From contig OZ024743.1 in NCBI GenBank assembly GCA_964016885.1, forward strand, positions 98,642,001 through 98,706,000: a stretch of DNA of 64,000 nt. Direction: 5' to 3'. A model generated the notes under the pieces. The model worked only from the letters and a program-made list of their open reading frames with translations. It was not told the DNA's origin and ran no database searches. Below, piece by piece: positions 1 through 15,000 of this stretch (within the stretch, counting starts at the first letter, position 1; every line of letters starts with the position of its first letter). Position numbers and translations under genes: made by a program. Source of the DNA: Eledone cirrhosa. Taxonomy: Eukaryota.

Positions 1-3000
1 TCCTGGGAGTAACATCATACAGTGTCTTGAGGTGAGAGTGTTCCAAGGGGTAACATCATACAGTGTCTTGGGCTGAGAGTGTTCCAGGAAGTAACATCAT
101 ACAGTGTCTTGAGGTGAGAGTGTTTCAAGGAGTAACATACAGTGTCTTGAGCTGAGAGTGTTCCAGGGAGTAACATCATACAGTGTCTTGGGCTGAGAGT
201 GTTCCAGGGAGTAACATCATACAGTGTCTTGAGGTGAGAGTGTTTCAAGGAGTAACATACAGTGTCTTGAGCTGAGAGTGTTCCAGGGTGTAACATCATA
301 CAGTGTCTTGAGCTGAGAGTGTTCCAGGGAGTAACATCATACAGTGTCTTGAGGTGAGAGTGTTCCAGGGAGTAACATCATACAGTGTCTTGAGCTGAGA
401 GTGTTCCAGGGAGTAACATCATACAGTGTCTTGAGGTGAGAGTGTTCCAGGGAGTAACATCATACTGTGTCTTGGGCTGAGAGTGTTCCAGGGAGTAACA
501 TCATACAGTGTCTTGAGGTGAGAGTGTTTCAAGGAGTAACATACAGTGTCTTGAGCTGAGAGTGTTCCAGGGAGTAACATCATACAGTGTCTTGAGCTGA
601 GAGTGTTCCAAGGAGTAACATCATAAGTGTCTTGGGCTGAGAGTGTTCCAAGGAGTAACATCATACAATGTCTTGAGCTGAGAGTGTTCCAGGGTGTAAC
701 ATCATACAGTGCCTTGAGCTGAGAGTGTTCCAGGGAGTAACATCATACAGTGTCTTGATGTGAGAGTGTTCCAAGTAGTAACATCATACAGTGTCTTGAG
801 GTGAGAGTGTTCCAGGGAGTAACATCATACAGTGTCTTGGGCCGAGAGTGTTCCAAGGAGTAACATCATACAATGTCTTGAGCTGAGAGTGTTCCAGGGT
901 GTAACATCATACAGTGTCTTGGGCTGAGAGTGTTCCACGGATTAACATCATGCAGTGTCTTGAGCTGAGAGTGTTCCAGGGAGTAACATCATACAGTGCC
1001 TTGAGCTGAGAGTGTTCCAGGGAGTAACATCATACAGTGTCTTGATGTGAGAGTGTTCCAAGTAGTAACATCATACAATGTTTTGAGCTGAGAGTGTTCC
1101 AAGGAGTAACATCATACAGTGTCTTGAGGTCAGAGTGTTCCAAGGAGTAACATCATACAGTGTCTTGAGCTGAGAGTGTTCCAGGGAGTAACATCAAACT
1201 GTGTCTTGAGGTGAAAGTGTTCCAGGGAGTAACATCATACAGTGTCTTGGGCTGAGAGTGTGCCAAGTAGTAACATCATACAGTGTCTTGAGCTGAGAGT
1301 GTTCCAAGGAGTAACATCATACTGTGTCTTGAGCTGAGAGTGTTCCAGGGAGTAACATCATACAGTGTCTTGAGGTGAGAGTGTTCCAGGGAGTAACATC
1401 ATACAGTGTCTTGGGCTGAGAGTGTGCCAAGTAGTAACATCATACAGTGTCTTGAGCTGAGAGTGTTCCAAGGAGTAACATCATACTGTGTCTTGAGCTG
1501 AGAGTGTTCCTGGGAGTAACATCATACAGTGTCTTGAGGTGAGAGTGTTCCAAGGGGTAACATCATACAGTGTCTTGGGCTGAGAGTGTTCCAGGGAGTA
1601 ACATCATACAGTGTCTTGAGGTGAGAGTGTTTCAAGGAGTAACATACAGTGTCTTGAGCTGAGAGTGTTCCAGGGAGTAACATCATACAGTGTCTTGGGC
1701 TGAGAGTGTTCCAGGGAGTAACATCATACAGTGTCTTGAGGTGAGAGTGTTTCAAGGAGTAACATACAGTGTCTTGAGCTGAGAGTGTTCCAGGGAGTAA
1801 CATCATACAGTGTCTTGAGCTGAGAGTGTTCCAGGGAGTAACATCATACAGTGTCTTGAGGTGAGAGTGTTCCAGGGAGTAACATCATACAGTGTCTTGA
1901 GCTGAGAGTGTTCCAGGGAGTAACATCATACAGTGTCTTGAGGTGAGAGTGTTCCAGGGAGTAACATCATACTGTGTCTTGGGCTGAGAGTGTTCCAGGG
2001 AGTAACATCATACAGTGTCTTGAGGTGAGAGTGTTTTAAGGAGTAACATACAGTGTCTTGAGCTGAGAGTGTTCCAGGGAGTAACATCATACAGTGTCTT
2101 GAGGTGAGAGTGTTTTAAGGAGTAACATACAGTGTCTTGAGCTGAGAGTGTTCCAGGGAGTAACATCATACAGTGTCTTGAGCTGAGAGTGTTCCAAGGA
2201 GTAACATCATACAGTGTCTTGGGCTGAGAGTGTTCCAAGGAGTAACATCATACAATGTCTTGAGCTGAGAGTGTTCCAGGGTGTAACATCATACAGTGCC
2301 TTGAGCTGAGAGTGTTCCAGGGAGTAACATCATACAGTGTCTTGATGTGAGAGTGTTCCAAGTAGTAACATCATACAGTGTCTTGAGGTGAGAGTGTTCC
2401 AGGGAGTAACATCATACAGTGTCTTGGGCTGAGAGTGTTCCAAGGAGTAACATCATACAATGTCTTGAGCTGAGAGTGTTCCAGGGTGTAACATCATACA
2501 GTGTCTTGGGCTGAGAGTGTTCCACGGATTAACATCATGCAGTGTCTTGAGCTGAGAGTGTTCCAGGGAGTAACATCATACAGTGCCTTGAGCTGAGAGT
2601 GTTCCAGGGAGTAACATCATACAGTGTCTTGATGTGAGAGTGTTCCAAGTAGTAACATCATACAGTGTCTTGAGGTGAGAGTGTTCCAGGGAGTAACATC
2701 ATACAGTGTTTTGGGCTGAGAGTGTTCCAAGGAGTAACATCATACAATGTCTTGAGCTGAGAGTGTTCCAGGGTGTAACATCATACAGTGTCTTGGGCTG
2801 AGAGTGTTCCAGGGAGTAACATCATGCAGTGTCTTGAGCTGAGAGTGTTCCAGGGAGTAACATCATACAGTGCCTTGAGCTGAGAGTGTTCCAGGGAGTA
2901 ACATCATACAGTGTCTTGATGTGAGAGTGTTCCAAGTAGTAACATCATACAGTGTCTTGAGGTGAGAGTGTTCCAGGGAGTAACATCATACAGTGTCTTG

Positions 3001-6000
3001 GGCTGAGAGTGTTCCAAGGAGTGACATCATACAATGTCTTGAGCTGAGAGTGTTCCAGGGTGTAACATCATACAGTGTCTTGGGCTGTGAGTGTTCCAGG
3101 GATTAACATCATGCAGTGTCTTGAGCTGAGAGTGTTCCAGGGAGTAACATCATACAGTGCCTTGAGCTGAGAGTGTTCCAGGGAGTAACATCATACAGTG
3201 TCTTGATGTGAGAGTGTTCCAAGGAGTAACATCATACTGTGTCTTGAGCTGAGAGTGTTCCAGGGAGTAACATCATACAGTGCCTTGAGGTGAGAGTGTT
3301 CCAAGGGGTAACATACAGTGTCTTGAGCTGAGAGTGTTCCAGGGAGTAACATCATACAGTGTCTTGGGCTGAGAGTGTTCCAGGGAGTAACATCATACAG
3401 TGTCTTGAGGTGAGAGTGTTTCAAGGAGTAACATACAGTGTCTTGAGCTGAGAGTGTTCCAGGGAGTAACATCATACAGTGTCTTGAGCTGAGAGTGTTC
3501 CAGGGAGTAACATCATACAGTGTCTTGAGGTGAGAGTGTTCCAGGGAGTAACATCATACAGTGTCTTGAGCTGAGAGTGTTCCAGGGAGTAACATCATAC
3601 AGTGTCTTGAGCTGAGAGTGTTTCAGGGAGTAACATCATACAGTGTCTTGAGGTGAGAGTGTTCCAGGGAGTAACATCATACTGTGTCTTGGGCTGAGAG
3701 TGTTCCAGGGAGTAAAATCATACAGTGTCTTGAGGTGAGAGTCTTTCAAGGAGTAACATACAGTGTCTTGAGGTGAGAGTGTTCCAAGGAGTAACATCAT
3801 ACAGTGTCTTGGGCTGAGAGTGTTCCAAGCAGTAACATCATACAATGTCTTGAGCTGAGAGTGTTCCAGGGAGTAACATCATACAGTGTCTTGGGCTGAG
3901 AGTGTTCCAAGGAGTAACATCATACAATGTTTTGAGCTGAGAGTGTTCCATGGAGTAACATCATACAGTGTCTTGAGCGGAGAGTGTTTCAGGGAGTAAC
4001 ATCATACAGTGTCTTGAGCTGAGAGTGTTCCATGGAGTAACATCATACAATGTTTTGAGCTGAGAGTGTTCCAAGGAGTAACATCATACAGTGTCTTGAG
4101 GTCAGAGTGTTCCAGGGAGTAACATCATACAGTGTCTTGAGCTGAGAGTGTTCCAGGGAGTAACATCATACAGTGTCTTGAGGTCAGAGTGTTCCAGGGA
4201 GTAACATCATACAGTGTCTTGAGCTGAGAGTGTTCCAAGGAGTTACTCCCTGGAATGTTTTGAGCTGAGAGTGTTCCAAGGAGTAACATCATACAGTGTC
4301 TTGAGCTGAGAGTGTTCCAGGGAGTAACATCATACAGTGTCTTGAGCTGAGAGTGTTCCAGGGAGTAACATCAAACTATGTCTTGAGCTGAGAGTGTTCC
4401 ATGGAGTAACATCATACAATGTTTTGAGCTGAGAGTGTTCCAAGGAGTAACATCATACAGTGTCTTGAGGTCAGAGTGTTCCAAGGAGTAACATAATACA
4501 GTGTCTTGAGCTGAGAGTGTTCCAGGGAGTAACATCAAACTGTGTCTTGAGGTGAAAGTGTTCCAGGGAGTAACATCATACAGTGTCTTGGGCTGAGAGT
4601 GTGCCAAGTAGTAACATCATACAGTGTCTTGAGCTGAGAGTGTTCCAAGGAGTAACATCATACTGTGTCTTGAGCTGAGATTGTTCCAGGGAGTAACATC
4701 ATACAGTGTCTTGAGGTGAGAGTGTTCCAAGGGGTAACATCATACAGTGTCTTGGGCTGAGAGTGTTCCAGGGAGTAACATCATACAGTGTCTTGAGGTG
4801 AGAGTGTTTCAAGGAGTAACATACAGTGTCTTGAGGTGAGAGTGTTTCAAGGAGTAACATACAGTGTCTTGAACTGAGAGTGTTCCAGGGAGTAACATCA
4901 TACAGTGTCTTGAGGTGAGAGTGTTCCAGGGAGTAACATCATACAGTGTCTTGAGGTGAGAGTATTCCAGGGAGTAACATCATACAGTGTCTTGAGGTGA
5001 AAGTGTTCCAGGGAGTAACATCATACTGTGTCTTGGGCTGAGAGTGTTCCAGGGAGTAACATCATACAGTGTCTTGAGGTGAGAGTGTTCCAAGGAGTAA
5101 CATCATACAGTGTCTTGGGCTGAAGTGTTCCAAGGAGTAACATCATACAATGTCTTGAGCTGAGAGTGTTCCAGGGAGTAACATCATACAGTGTCTTGGG
5201 CTGAGAGTGTTCCAGGGAGTAACATCATGCAGTGTCTTGAGCTGAGAGTGTTCCAGGGAGTAACATCATACAGTGCCTTGAGCTGAGAGTGTTCCAGGGA
5301 GTAACATCATACAGTGTCTTGATGTGAGAGTGTTCCAAGTAGTAACATCATACAGTGTCTTGAGGTGAGAGTGTTCCAGGGAGTAACATCATACAGTGTC
5401 TTGGGCTGAGAGTGTGCCAAGTAGTAACATCATACAGTGTCTTGAGCTGAGAGTGTTCCAGGGAGTAACATCAAACTATGTCTTGAGCTGAGAGTGTTCC
5501 ATGGAGTAACATCATACAATGTTTTGAGCTGAGAGTGTTCCAAGGAGTAACATCATACAGTGTCTTGAGGTCAGAGTGTTCCAAGGAGTAACATCATACA
5601 GTGTCTTGAGCTGAGAGTGTTCCAGGGAGTAACATCAAACTGTGTCTTGAGGTGAAAGTGTTCCAGGGAGTAACATCATACAGTGTCTTGGGCTGAGAGT
5701 GTGCCAAGTAGTAACATCATACAGTGTCTTGAGCTGAGAGTGTTCCAAGGAGTAACATCATACTGTGTCTTGAGCTGAGAGTGTTCCAGGGAGTAACATC
5801 ATACAGTGTCTTGAGGTGAGAGTGTTCCAGGGAGTAACATCATACAGTGTCTTGGGCTGAGAGTGTGCCAAGTAGTAACATCATACAGTGTCTTGAGCTG
5901 AGAGTGTTCCAAGGAGTAACATCATACTGTGTCTTGAGCTGAGAGTGTTCCAGGGAGTAACATCATACAGTGTCTTGAGGTGAGAGTGTTCCAAGGGGTA

Positions 6001-9000
6001 ACATCATACAGTGTCTTGGGCTGAGAGTGTTCCAGGGAGTAACATCATACAGTGTCTTGAGGTGAGAGTGTTTCAAGGAGTAACATACAGTGTCTTGAGC
6101 TGAGAGTGTTCCAGGGAGTAACATCATACAGTGTCTTGGGCTGAGAGTGTTCCAGGGAGTAACATCATACAGTGTCTTGAGGTGAGAGTGTTTCAAGGAG
6201 TAACATACAGTGTCTTGAGCTGAGAGTGTTCCAGGGAGTAACATCATACAGTGTCTTGTGCTGAGAGTGTTCCAGGGAGTAACATCATACAGTGTCTTGA
6301 GGTGAGAGTGTTCCAGGGAGTAACATCATACAGTGTCTTGAGGTCAGAGTGTTCCAAGGAGTAACATCATACAGTGTCTTGAGCTGAGAGTGTTCCAGGG
6401 AGTAACATCAAACTGTGTCTTGAGGTGAAAGTGTTCCAGGGAGTAACATCATACAGTGTCTTGGGCTGAGAGTGTGCCAAGTAGTAACATCATACAGTGT
6501 CTTGAGCTGAGAGTGTTCCAAGGAGTAACATCATACTGTGTCTTGAGCTGAGAGTGTTCCAGGGAGTAACATCATACAATGTCTTGAGGTGAGAGTGTTC
6601 CAGGGAGTAACATCATACAGTGTCTTGGGCTGAGAGTGTGCCAAGTAGTAACATCATACAGTGTCTTGAGCTGAGAGTGTTCCAAGGAGTAACATCATAC
6701 TGTGTCTTGAGCTGAGAGTGTTCCAGGGAGTAACATCATACAGTGTCTTGAGGTGAGAGTGTTCCAAGGGGTAACATCATACAGTGTCTTGGGCTGAGAG
6801 TGTTCCAGGGAGTAACATCATACAGTGTCTTGAGGTGAGAGTGTTTCAAGGAGTAACATACAGTGTCTTGAGCTGAGAGTGTTCCAGGGAGTAACATCAT
6901 ACAGTGTCTTGTGCTGAGAGTGTTCCAGGGAGTAACATCATACAGTGTCTTGAGGTGAGAGTGTTCCAGGGAGTAACATCATACAGTGTCTTGAGCTGAG
7001 AGTGTTCCAGGGAGTAACATCATACAGTGTCTTGAGGTGAGAGTGTTCCAGGGAGTAACATCATACTGTGTCTTGGGCTGAGAGTGTTCCAGGGAGTAAC
7101 ATCATACAGTGTCTTGAGGTGAGAGTGTTTCAAGGAGTAACATACAGTGTCTTGAGCTGAGAGTGTTCCAGGGAGTAACATCATACAGTGTCTTGAGCTG
7201 AGAGTGTTCCAAGGAGTAACATCATACAGTGTCTTGGGATGAGAGTGTTCCAAGGAGTAACATCATACAAAGTCTTGAGCTGAGAGTGTTCCAGGGTGTA
7301 ACATCATACAGTGTCTTGGGCTGAGAGTGTTCCAGGGAGTAACATCATGCAGTGTCTTGAGCTGAGAGTGTTCCAGGGAGTAACATCATACAGTGCCTTG
7401 AGCTGAGAGTGTTCCAGGGAGTAACATCATACAGTGTCTTGATGTGAGAGTGTTCCAAGTAGTAACATCATACAGTGTCTTGAGGTGAGAGTGTTCCAGG
7501 GAGTAACATCATACAGTGTCTTGGGCTGAGAGTGTTCCAAGGAGTAACATCATACAATGTCTTGAGCTGAGTGTTCCAGGGTGTAACATCATACAGTGTC
7601 TTGGGCTGAGAGTGTTCCAGGGATTAACATCATGCAGTGTCTTGAGCTGAGAGTGTTCCAGGGAGTAACATCATACAGTGCCTTGAGCTGAGAGTGTTCC
7701 AGGGAGTAACATCATACAGTGTCTTGATGTGAGAGTGTTCCAAGTAGTAACATCATACAGTGTCTTGTGGTGAGAGTGTTCCAGGGAGTAACATCATACA
7801 GTGTCTTGGGCTGAGAGTGTGCCAAGTAGTAACATCATACAGTGTCTTGAGCTGAGAGTGTTCCAAGGAGTAACATCATACTGTGTCTTGGGCTGAGAGT
7901 GTTCCAGGGAGTAACATCATACAGTGTCTTGAGGTGAGAGTGTTTCAAGGAGTAACATACAGTGTCTTGAGCTGAGAGTGTTCCAGGGAGTAACATCATA
8001 CAGTGTCTTGGGCTGAGAGTGTTCCAGGGAGTAACATCATACAGTGTCTTGAGGTGAGAGTGTTTCAAGGAGTAACATACAGTGTCTTGAGCTGAGAGTG
8101 TTCCAGGGAGTAACATCATACAGTGTCTTGAGCTGAGAGTGTTCCAGGGAGTAACATCATACAGTGTCTTGAGGTGAGAGTGTTCCAGGGAGTAACATCA
8201 TACAGTGTCTTGAGCTGAGAGTGTTCCAGGGAGTAACATCATACAGTGTCTTGAGGTGAGAGTGTTCCAGGGAGTAACATCATACTGTGTCTTGGGCTGA
8301 GAGTGTTCCAGGGAGTAACATCATACAGTGTCTTGAGGTGAGAGTGTTTCAAGGAGTAACATACAGTGTCTGGAGCTGAGAGTGTTCCAGGGAGTAACAT
8401 CATACAGTGTCTCGAGGTGAGAGTGTTCCAAGGAGTAACATCATACAGTGTCTTGGGCTGAGAGTGTTCCAAGGAGTAACATCATACAATGTCTTGAGCT
8501 GAGAGTGTTCCAGGGAGTAACATCATACAGTGTCTTGGGCTGAGAGTGTTCCAAGGAGTAACATCATACAATGTCTTGAGCTGAGAGTGTTCCATGGAGT
8601 AACATCATACAGTGTCTTGAGCTGAGAGTGTTTCAGGGAGTAACATCATACAGTGTCTTGAGCTGAGAGTGTTCCATGGAGTAACATCATACAATGTTTT
8701 GAGCTGAGAGTGTTCCAAGGAGTAACATCATACAGTGTCTTGAGGTCAGAGTGTTCCAGGGAGTAACATCATACAGTGTCTTGAGCTGAGAGTGTTCCAG
8801 GGGGTAACATCATACAGTGTCTTGAGGTCAGAGTGTTCCAGGGAGTAACATCATACAGTGTCTTGAGCTGAGAGTGTTCCAAGGAGTGTTACTCCCTGGA
8901 ATGTTTTGAGCTGAGAGTGTTCCAAGGAGTAACATCATACAGTGTCTTGAGGTCAGAGTGTTCCAAGGATTAACATCATACAGTGTCTTGAGCTGAGAGT

Positions 9001-12000
9001 GTTCCAGGGAGTAACATCAAACTGTGTCTTGAGGTGAAAGTGTTCCAGGGAGTAACATCATACAGTGTCTTGGGCTGAGAGTGTGCCAAGTAGTAACATC
9101 ATACAGTGTCTTGAGCTGAGAGTGTTCCAAGGAGTAACATCATACTGTGTATTGAGCTGAGAGTGTTCCAGGGAGTAACATCATACAGTGTCTTGAGGTG
9201 AGAGTGTTCCAGGGAGTAACATCATACGGTGTCTTGGGCTGAGAGTGTGCCAAGTAGTAACATCATACAGTGTCTTGAGCTGAGAGTGTTCCAAGGAGTA
9301 ACATCATACTGTGTCTTGAGCTGAGATTGTTCCAGGGAGTAACATCATACAGTGTCTTGAGGTGAGAGTGTTCCAAGGGGTAACATCATACAGTGTCTTG
9401 GGCTGAGAGTGTTCCAGGGAGTAACATCATACAGTGTCTTGAGGTGAGAGTGTTTCAAGGAGTAACATACAGGGTCTTGAGGTGAGAGTGTTTCAAGGAG
9501 TAACATACAGTGTCTTGAGCTGAGAGTGTTCCAGGGAGTAACATCATACAGTGTCTTGAGGTGAGAGTGTTCCAGGGAGTAACATCATACTGTGTCTTAG
9601 GCTGAGAGTGTTCCAGGGAGTAACATCATACAGTGTCTTGAGGTGAGAGTGTTTCAAGGAGTAACATACAGTGTCTTGAGCTGAGAGTGTTCCAGGGAGT
9701 AACATCATACAGTGTCTTGAGGTGAGAGTGTTCCAAGGAGTAACATCATACAGTGTCTTGGGCTGAGAGTGTTCCAAGGAGTAACATCATACAATGTCTT
9801 GAGCTGAGAGTGTTCCAGGGAGTAACATCATACAGTGTCTTGGGCTGAGAGTGTTCCAGGGAGTAACATCATGCAGTGTCTTGAGCTGAGAGTGTTCCAG
9901 GGAGTAACATCATACAGTGCCTTGAGCTGAGAGTGTTCCAGGGAGTAACATCATACAGTGTCTTGATGTGAGAGTGTTCCAAGTAGTAACATCATACAGT
10001 GTCTTGAGGTGAGAGTGTTCCAGGGAGTAACATCATACAGTGTCTTGGGCTGAGAGTGTTCCAAGGAGTAACATCATACAATGTCTTGAGCTGAGAGTGT
10101 TCCAGGGTGTAACATCATACTGTGTCTTGGGCTGTGAGTGTTCCAGGGATTAACATCATGCAGTGTCTTGAGCTGAGAGTGTTCCAGGGAGTAACATCAT
10201 ACAGTGCCTTGAGCTGAGAGTGTTCCATGGAGTAACATCATACAGTGTCTTGATGTGAGAGTGTTCCAAGGAGTAACATCATACTGTGTCTTGAGCTGAG
10301 AGTGTTCCAGGGAGTAACATCATACAGTGTCTTGAGGTGAGAGTGTTCCAAGGGGTAACATACAGTGTCTTGAGCTGAGAGTGTTCCAGGGAGTAACATC
10401 ATACAGTGTCTTGGGCTGAGAGTGTTCCAGGGAGTAACATCATACAGTGTCTTGAGGTGAGAGTGTTTCAAGGAGTAACATACAGTGTCTTGAGCTGAGA
10501 GTGTTCCAGGGAGTAACATCATACAGTGTCTTGAGCTGAGAGTGTTCCAGGGAGTAACATCATACAGTGTCTTGAGGTGAGAGTGTTCCAGGGAGTAACA
10601 TCATACAGTGTCTTGAGCTGAGAGTGTTCCAGGGAGTAACATCATACAGTGTCTTGAGCTGAGAGTGTTTCAGGGAGTAACATCATACAGTGTCTTGAGG
10701 TGAGAGTGTTCCAGGGAGTAACATCATACTGTGTCTTGGGCTGAGAGTGTTCCAGGGAGTAAAATCATACAGTGTCTTGAGGTGAGAGTCTTTCAAGGAG
10801 TAACATACAGTGTCTTGAGGTGAGAGTGTTCCAAGGAGTAACATCATACAGTGTCTTGGGCTGAGAGTGTTCCAAGCAGTAACATCATACAATGTCTTGA
10901 GCTGAGAGTGTTCCAGGGAGTAACATCATACAGTGTCTTGGGCTGAGAGTGTTCCAAGGAGTAACATCATACAATGTTTTGAGCTGAGAGTGTTCCATGG
11001 AGTAACATCATACAGTGTCTTGAGCGGAGAGTGTTTCAGGGAGTAACATCATACAGTGTCTTGAGCTGAGAGTGTTCCATGGAGTAACATCATACAATGT
11101 TTTGAGCTGAGAGTGTTCCAAGGAGTAACATCATACAGTGTCTTGAGGTCAGAGTGTTCCAGGGAGTAACATCATACAGTGTCTTGAGCTGAGAGTGTTC
11201 CAGGGAGTAACATCATACAGTGTCTTGAGGTCAGAGTGTTCCAGGGAGTAACATCATACAGTGTCTTGAGCTGAGAGTGTTCCAAGGAGTTACTCCCTGG
11301 AATGTTTTGAGCTGAGAGTGTTCCAAGGAGTAACATCATACAGTGTCTTGAGCTGAGAGTGTTCCAGGGAGTAACATCATACAGTGTCTTGAGCTGAGAG
11401 TGTTCCAGGGAGTAACATCAAACTATGTCTTGAGCTGAGAGTGTTCCATGGAGTAACATCATACAATGTTTTGAGCTGAGAGTGTTCCAAGGAGTAACAT
11501 CATACAGTGTCTTGAGGTCAGAGTGTTCCAAGGAGTAACATAATACAGTGTCTTGAGCTGAGAGTGTTCCAGGGAGTAACATCAAACTGTGTCTTGAGGT
11601 GAAAGTGTTCCAGGGAGTAACATCATACAGTGTCTTGGGCTGAGAGTGTGCCAAGTAGTAACATCATACAGTGTCTTGAGCTGAGAGTGTTCCAAGGAGT
11701 AACATCATACTGTGTCTTGAGCTGAGATTGTTCCAGGGAGTAACATCATACAGTGTCTTGAGGTGAGAGTGTTCCAAGGGGTAACATCATACAGTGTCTT
11801 GGGCTGAGAGTGTTCCAGGGAGTAACATCATACAGTGTCTTGAGGTGAGAGTGTTTCAAGGAGTAACATACAGTGTCTTGAGGTGAGAGTGTTTCAAGGA
11901 GTAACATACAGTGTCTTGAACTGAGAGTGTTCCAGGGAGTAACATCATACAGTGTCTTGAGGTGAGAGTGTTCCAGGGAGTAACATCATACAGTGTCTTG

Positions 12001-15000
12001 AGGTGAGAGTGTTCCAGGGAGTAACATCATACAGTGTCTTGAGGTGAAAGTGTTCCAGGGAGTAACATCATACTGTGTCTTGGGCTGAGAGTGTTCCAGT
12101 GAGTAACATCATACAGTGTCTTGAGGTGAGAGTGTTCCAAGGAGTAACATCATACAGTGTCTTGGGCTGAAGTGTTCCAAGGAGTAACATCATACAATGT
12201 CTTGAGCTGAGAGTGTTCCAGGGAGTAACATCATACAGTGTCTTGGGCTGAGAGTGTTCCAGGGAGTAACATCATGCAGTGTCTTGAGCTGAGAGTGTTC
12301 CAGGGAGTAACATCATACAGTGCCTTGAGCTGAGAGTGTTCCAGGGAGTAACATCATACAGTGTCTTGATGTGAGAGTGTTCCAAGTAGTAACATCATAC
12401 AGTGTCTTGAGGTGAGAGTGTTCCAGGGAGTAACATCATACAGTGTCTTGGGCTGAGAGTGTGCCAAGTAGTAACATCATACAGTGTCTTGAGCTGAGAG
12501 TGTTCCAGGGAGTAACATCAAACTATGTCTTGAGCTGAGAGTGTTCCATGGAGTAACATCATACAATGTTTTGAGCTGAGAGTGTTCCAAGGAGTAACAT
12601 CATACAGTGTCTTGAGGTCAGAGTGTTCCAAGGAGTAACATCATACAGTGTCTTGAGCTGAGAGTGTTCCAGGGAGTAACATCAAACTGTGTCTTGAGGT
12701 GAAAGTGTTCCAGGGAGTAACATCATACAGTGTCTTGGGCTGAGAGTGTGCCAAGTAGTAACATCATACAGTGTCTTGAGCTGAGAGTGTTCCAAGGAGT
12801 AACATCATACTGTGTCTTGAGCTGAGAGTGTTCCAGGGAGTAACATCATACAGTGTCTTGAGGTGAGAGTGTTCCAGGGAGTAACATCATACAGTGTCTT
12901 GGGCTGAGAGTGTGCCAAGTAGTAACATCATACAGTGTCTTGAGCTGAGAGTGTTCCAAGGAGTAACATCATACTGTGTCTTGAGCTGAGAGTGTTCCAG
13001 GGAGTAACATCATACAGTGTCTTGAGGTGAGAGTGTTCCAAGGGGTAACATCATACAGTGTCTTGGGCTGAGAGTGTTCCAGGGAGTAACATCATACAGT
13101 GTCTTTAGGTGAGAGTGTTTCAAGGAGTAACATACAGTGTCTTGAGCTGAGAGTGTTCCAGGGAGTAACATCATACAGTGTCTTGGGCTGAGAGTGTTCC
13201 AGGGAGTAACATCATACAGTGTCTTGAGGTGAGAGTGTTTCAAGGAGTAACATACAGTGTCTTGAGCTGAGAGTGTTCCAGGGAGTAACATCATACAGTG
13301 TCTTGTGCTGAGAGTGTTCCAGGGAGTAACATCATACAGTGTCTTGAGGTGAGAGTGTTCCAGGGAGTAACATCATACAGTGTCTTGAGGTCAGAGTGTT
13401 CCAAGGAGTAACATCATACAGTGTCTTGAGCTGAGAGTGTTCCAGGGAGTAACATCAAACTGTGTCTTGAGGTGAAAGTGTTCCAGGGAGTAACATCATA
13501 CAGTGTCTTGGGCTGAGAGTGTGCCAAGTAGTAACATCATACAGTGTCTTGATCTGAGAGTGTTCCAAGGAGTAACATCATACTGTGTCTTGCGCTGAGA
13601 GTGTTCCAGGGAGTAACATCATACAATGTCTTGAGGTGAGAGTGTTCCAGGGAGTAACATCATACAGTGTCTTGGGCTGAGAGTGTGCCAAGTAGTAACA
13701 TCATACAGTGTCTTGAGCTGAGAGTGTTCCAAGGAGTAACATCATACTGTGTCTTGAGCTGAGAGTGTTCCAGGGAGTAACATCATACAGTGTCTTGAGG
13801 TGAGAGTGTTCCAAGGGGTAACATCATACAGTGTCTTGGGCTGAGAGTGTTCCAGGGAGTAACATCATACAGTGTCTTGAGGTGAGAGTGTTTCAAGGAG
13901 TAACATACAGTGTCTTGAGCTGAGAGTGTTCCAGGGAGTAACATCATACAGTGTCTTGTGCTGAGAGTGTTCCAGGGAGTAACATCATACAGTGTCTTGA
14001 GGTGAGAGTGTTCCAGGGAGTAACATCATACAGTGTCTTGAGCTGAGAGTGTTCCAGGGAGTAACATCATACAGTGTCTTGAGGTGAGAGTGTTCCAGGG
14101 AGTAACATCATACTGTGTCTTGGGCTGAGAGTGTTCCAGGGAGTAACATCATACAGTGTCTTGAGGTGAGAGTGTTTCAAGGAGTAACATACAGTGTCTT
14201 GAGCTGAGAGTGTTCCAGGGAGTAACATCATACAGTGTCTTGAGCTGAGAGTGTTCCAAGGAGTAACATCATACAGTGTCTTGGGCTGAGAGTGTTCCAA
14301 GGAGTAACATCATACAAAGTCTTGAGCTGAGAGTGTTCCAGGGTGTAACATCATACAGTGTCTTGGGCTGAGAGTGTTCCAGGGAGTAACATCATGCAGT
14401 GTCTTGAGCTGAGAGTGTTCCAGGGAGTAACATCATACAGTGCCTTGAGCTGAGAGTGTTCCAGGGAGTAACATCATACAGTGTCTTGAGGTGAGAGTGT
14501 TCCAGGGAGTAACATCATACAGTGTCTTGGGCTGAGAGTGTTCCAAGGAGTAACATCATACAATGTCTTGAGCTGAGTGTTCCAGGGTGTAACATCATAC
14601 AGTGTCTTGGGCTGAGAGTGTTCCAGGGATTAACATCATGCAGTGTCTTGAGCTGAGAGTGTTCCAGGGAGTAACATCATACAGTGCCTTGAGCTGAGAG
14701 TGTTCCAGGGAGTAACATCATACAGTGTCTTGGGCTGAGAGTGTGCCAAGTAGTAACATCATACAGTGTCTTGAGCTGAGAGTGTTCCAAGGAGTAACAT
14801 CATACTGTGTCTTGGGCTGAGAGTGTTCCAGGGAGTAACATCATACAGTGTCTTGAGGTGAGAGTGTTTCAAGGAGTAACATACAGTGTCTTGAGCTGAG
14901 AGTGTTCCAGGGAGTAACATCATACAGTGTCTTGGGCTGAGAGTGTTCCAGGGAGTAACATCATACAGTGTCTTGAGGTGAGAGTGTTTCAAGGAGTAAC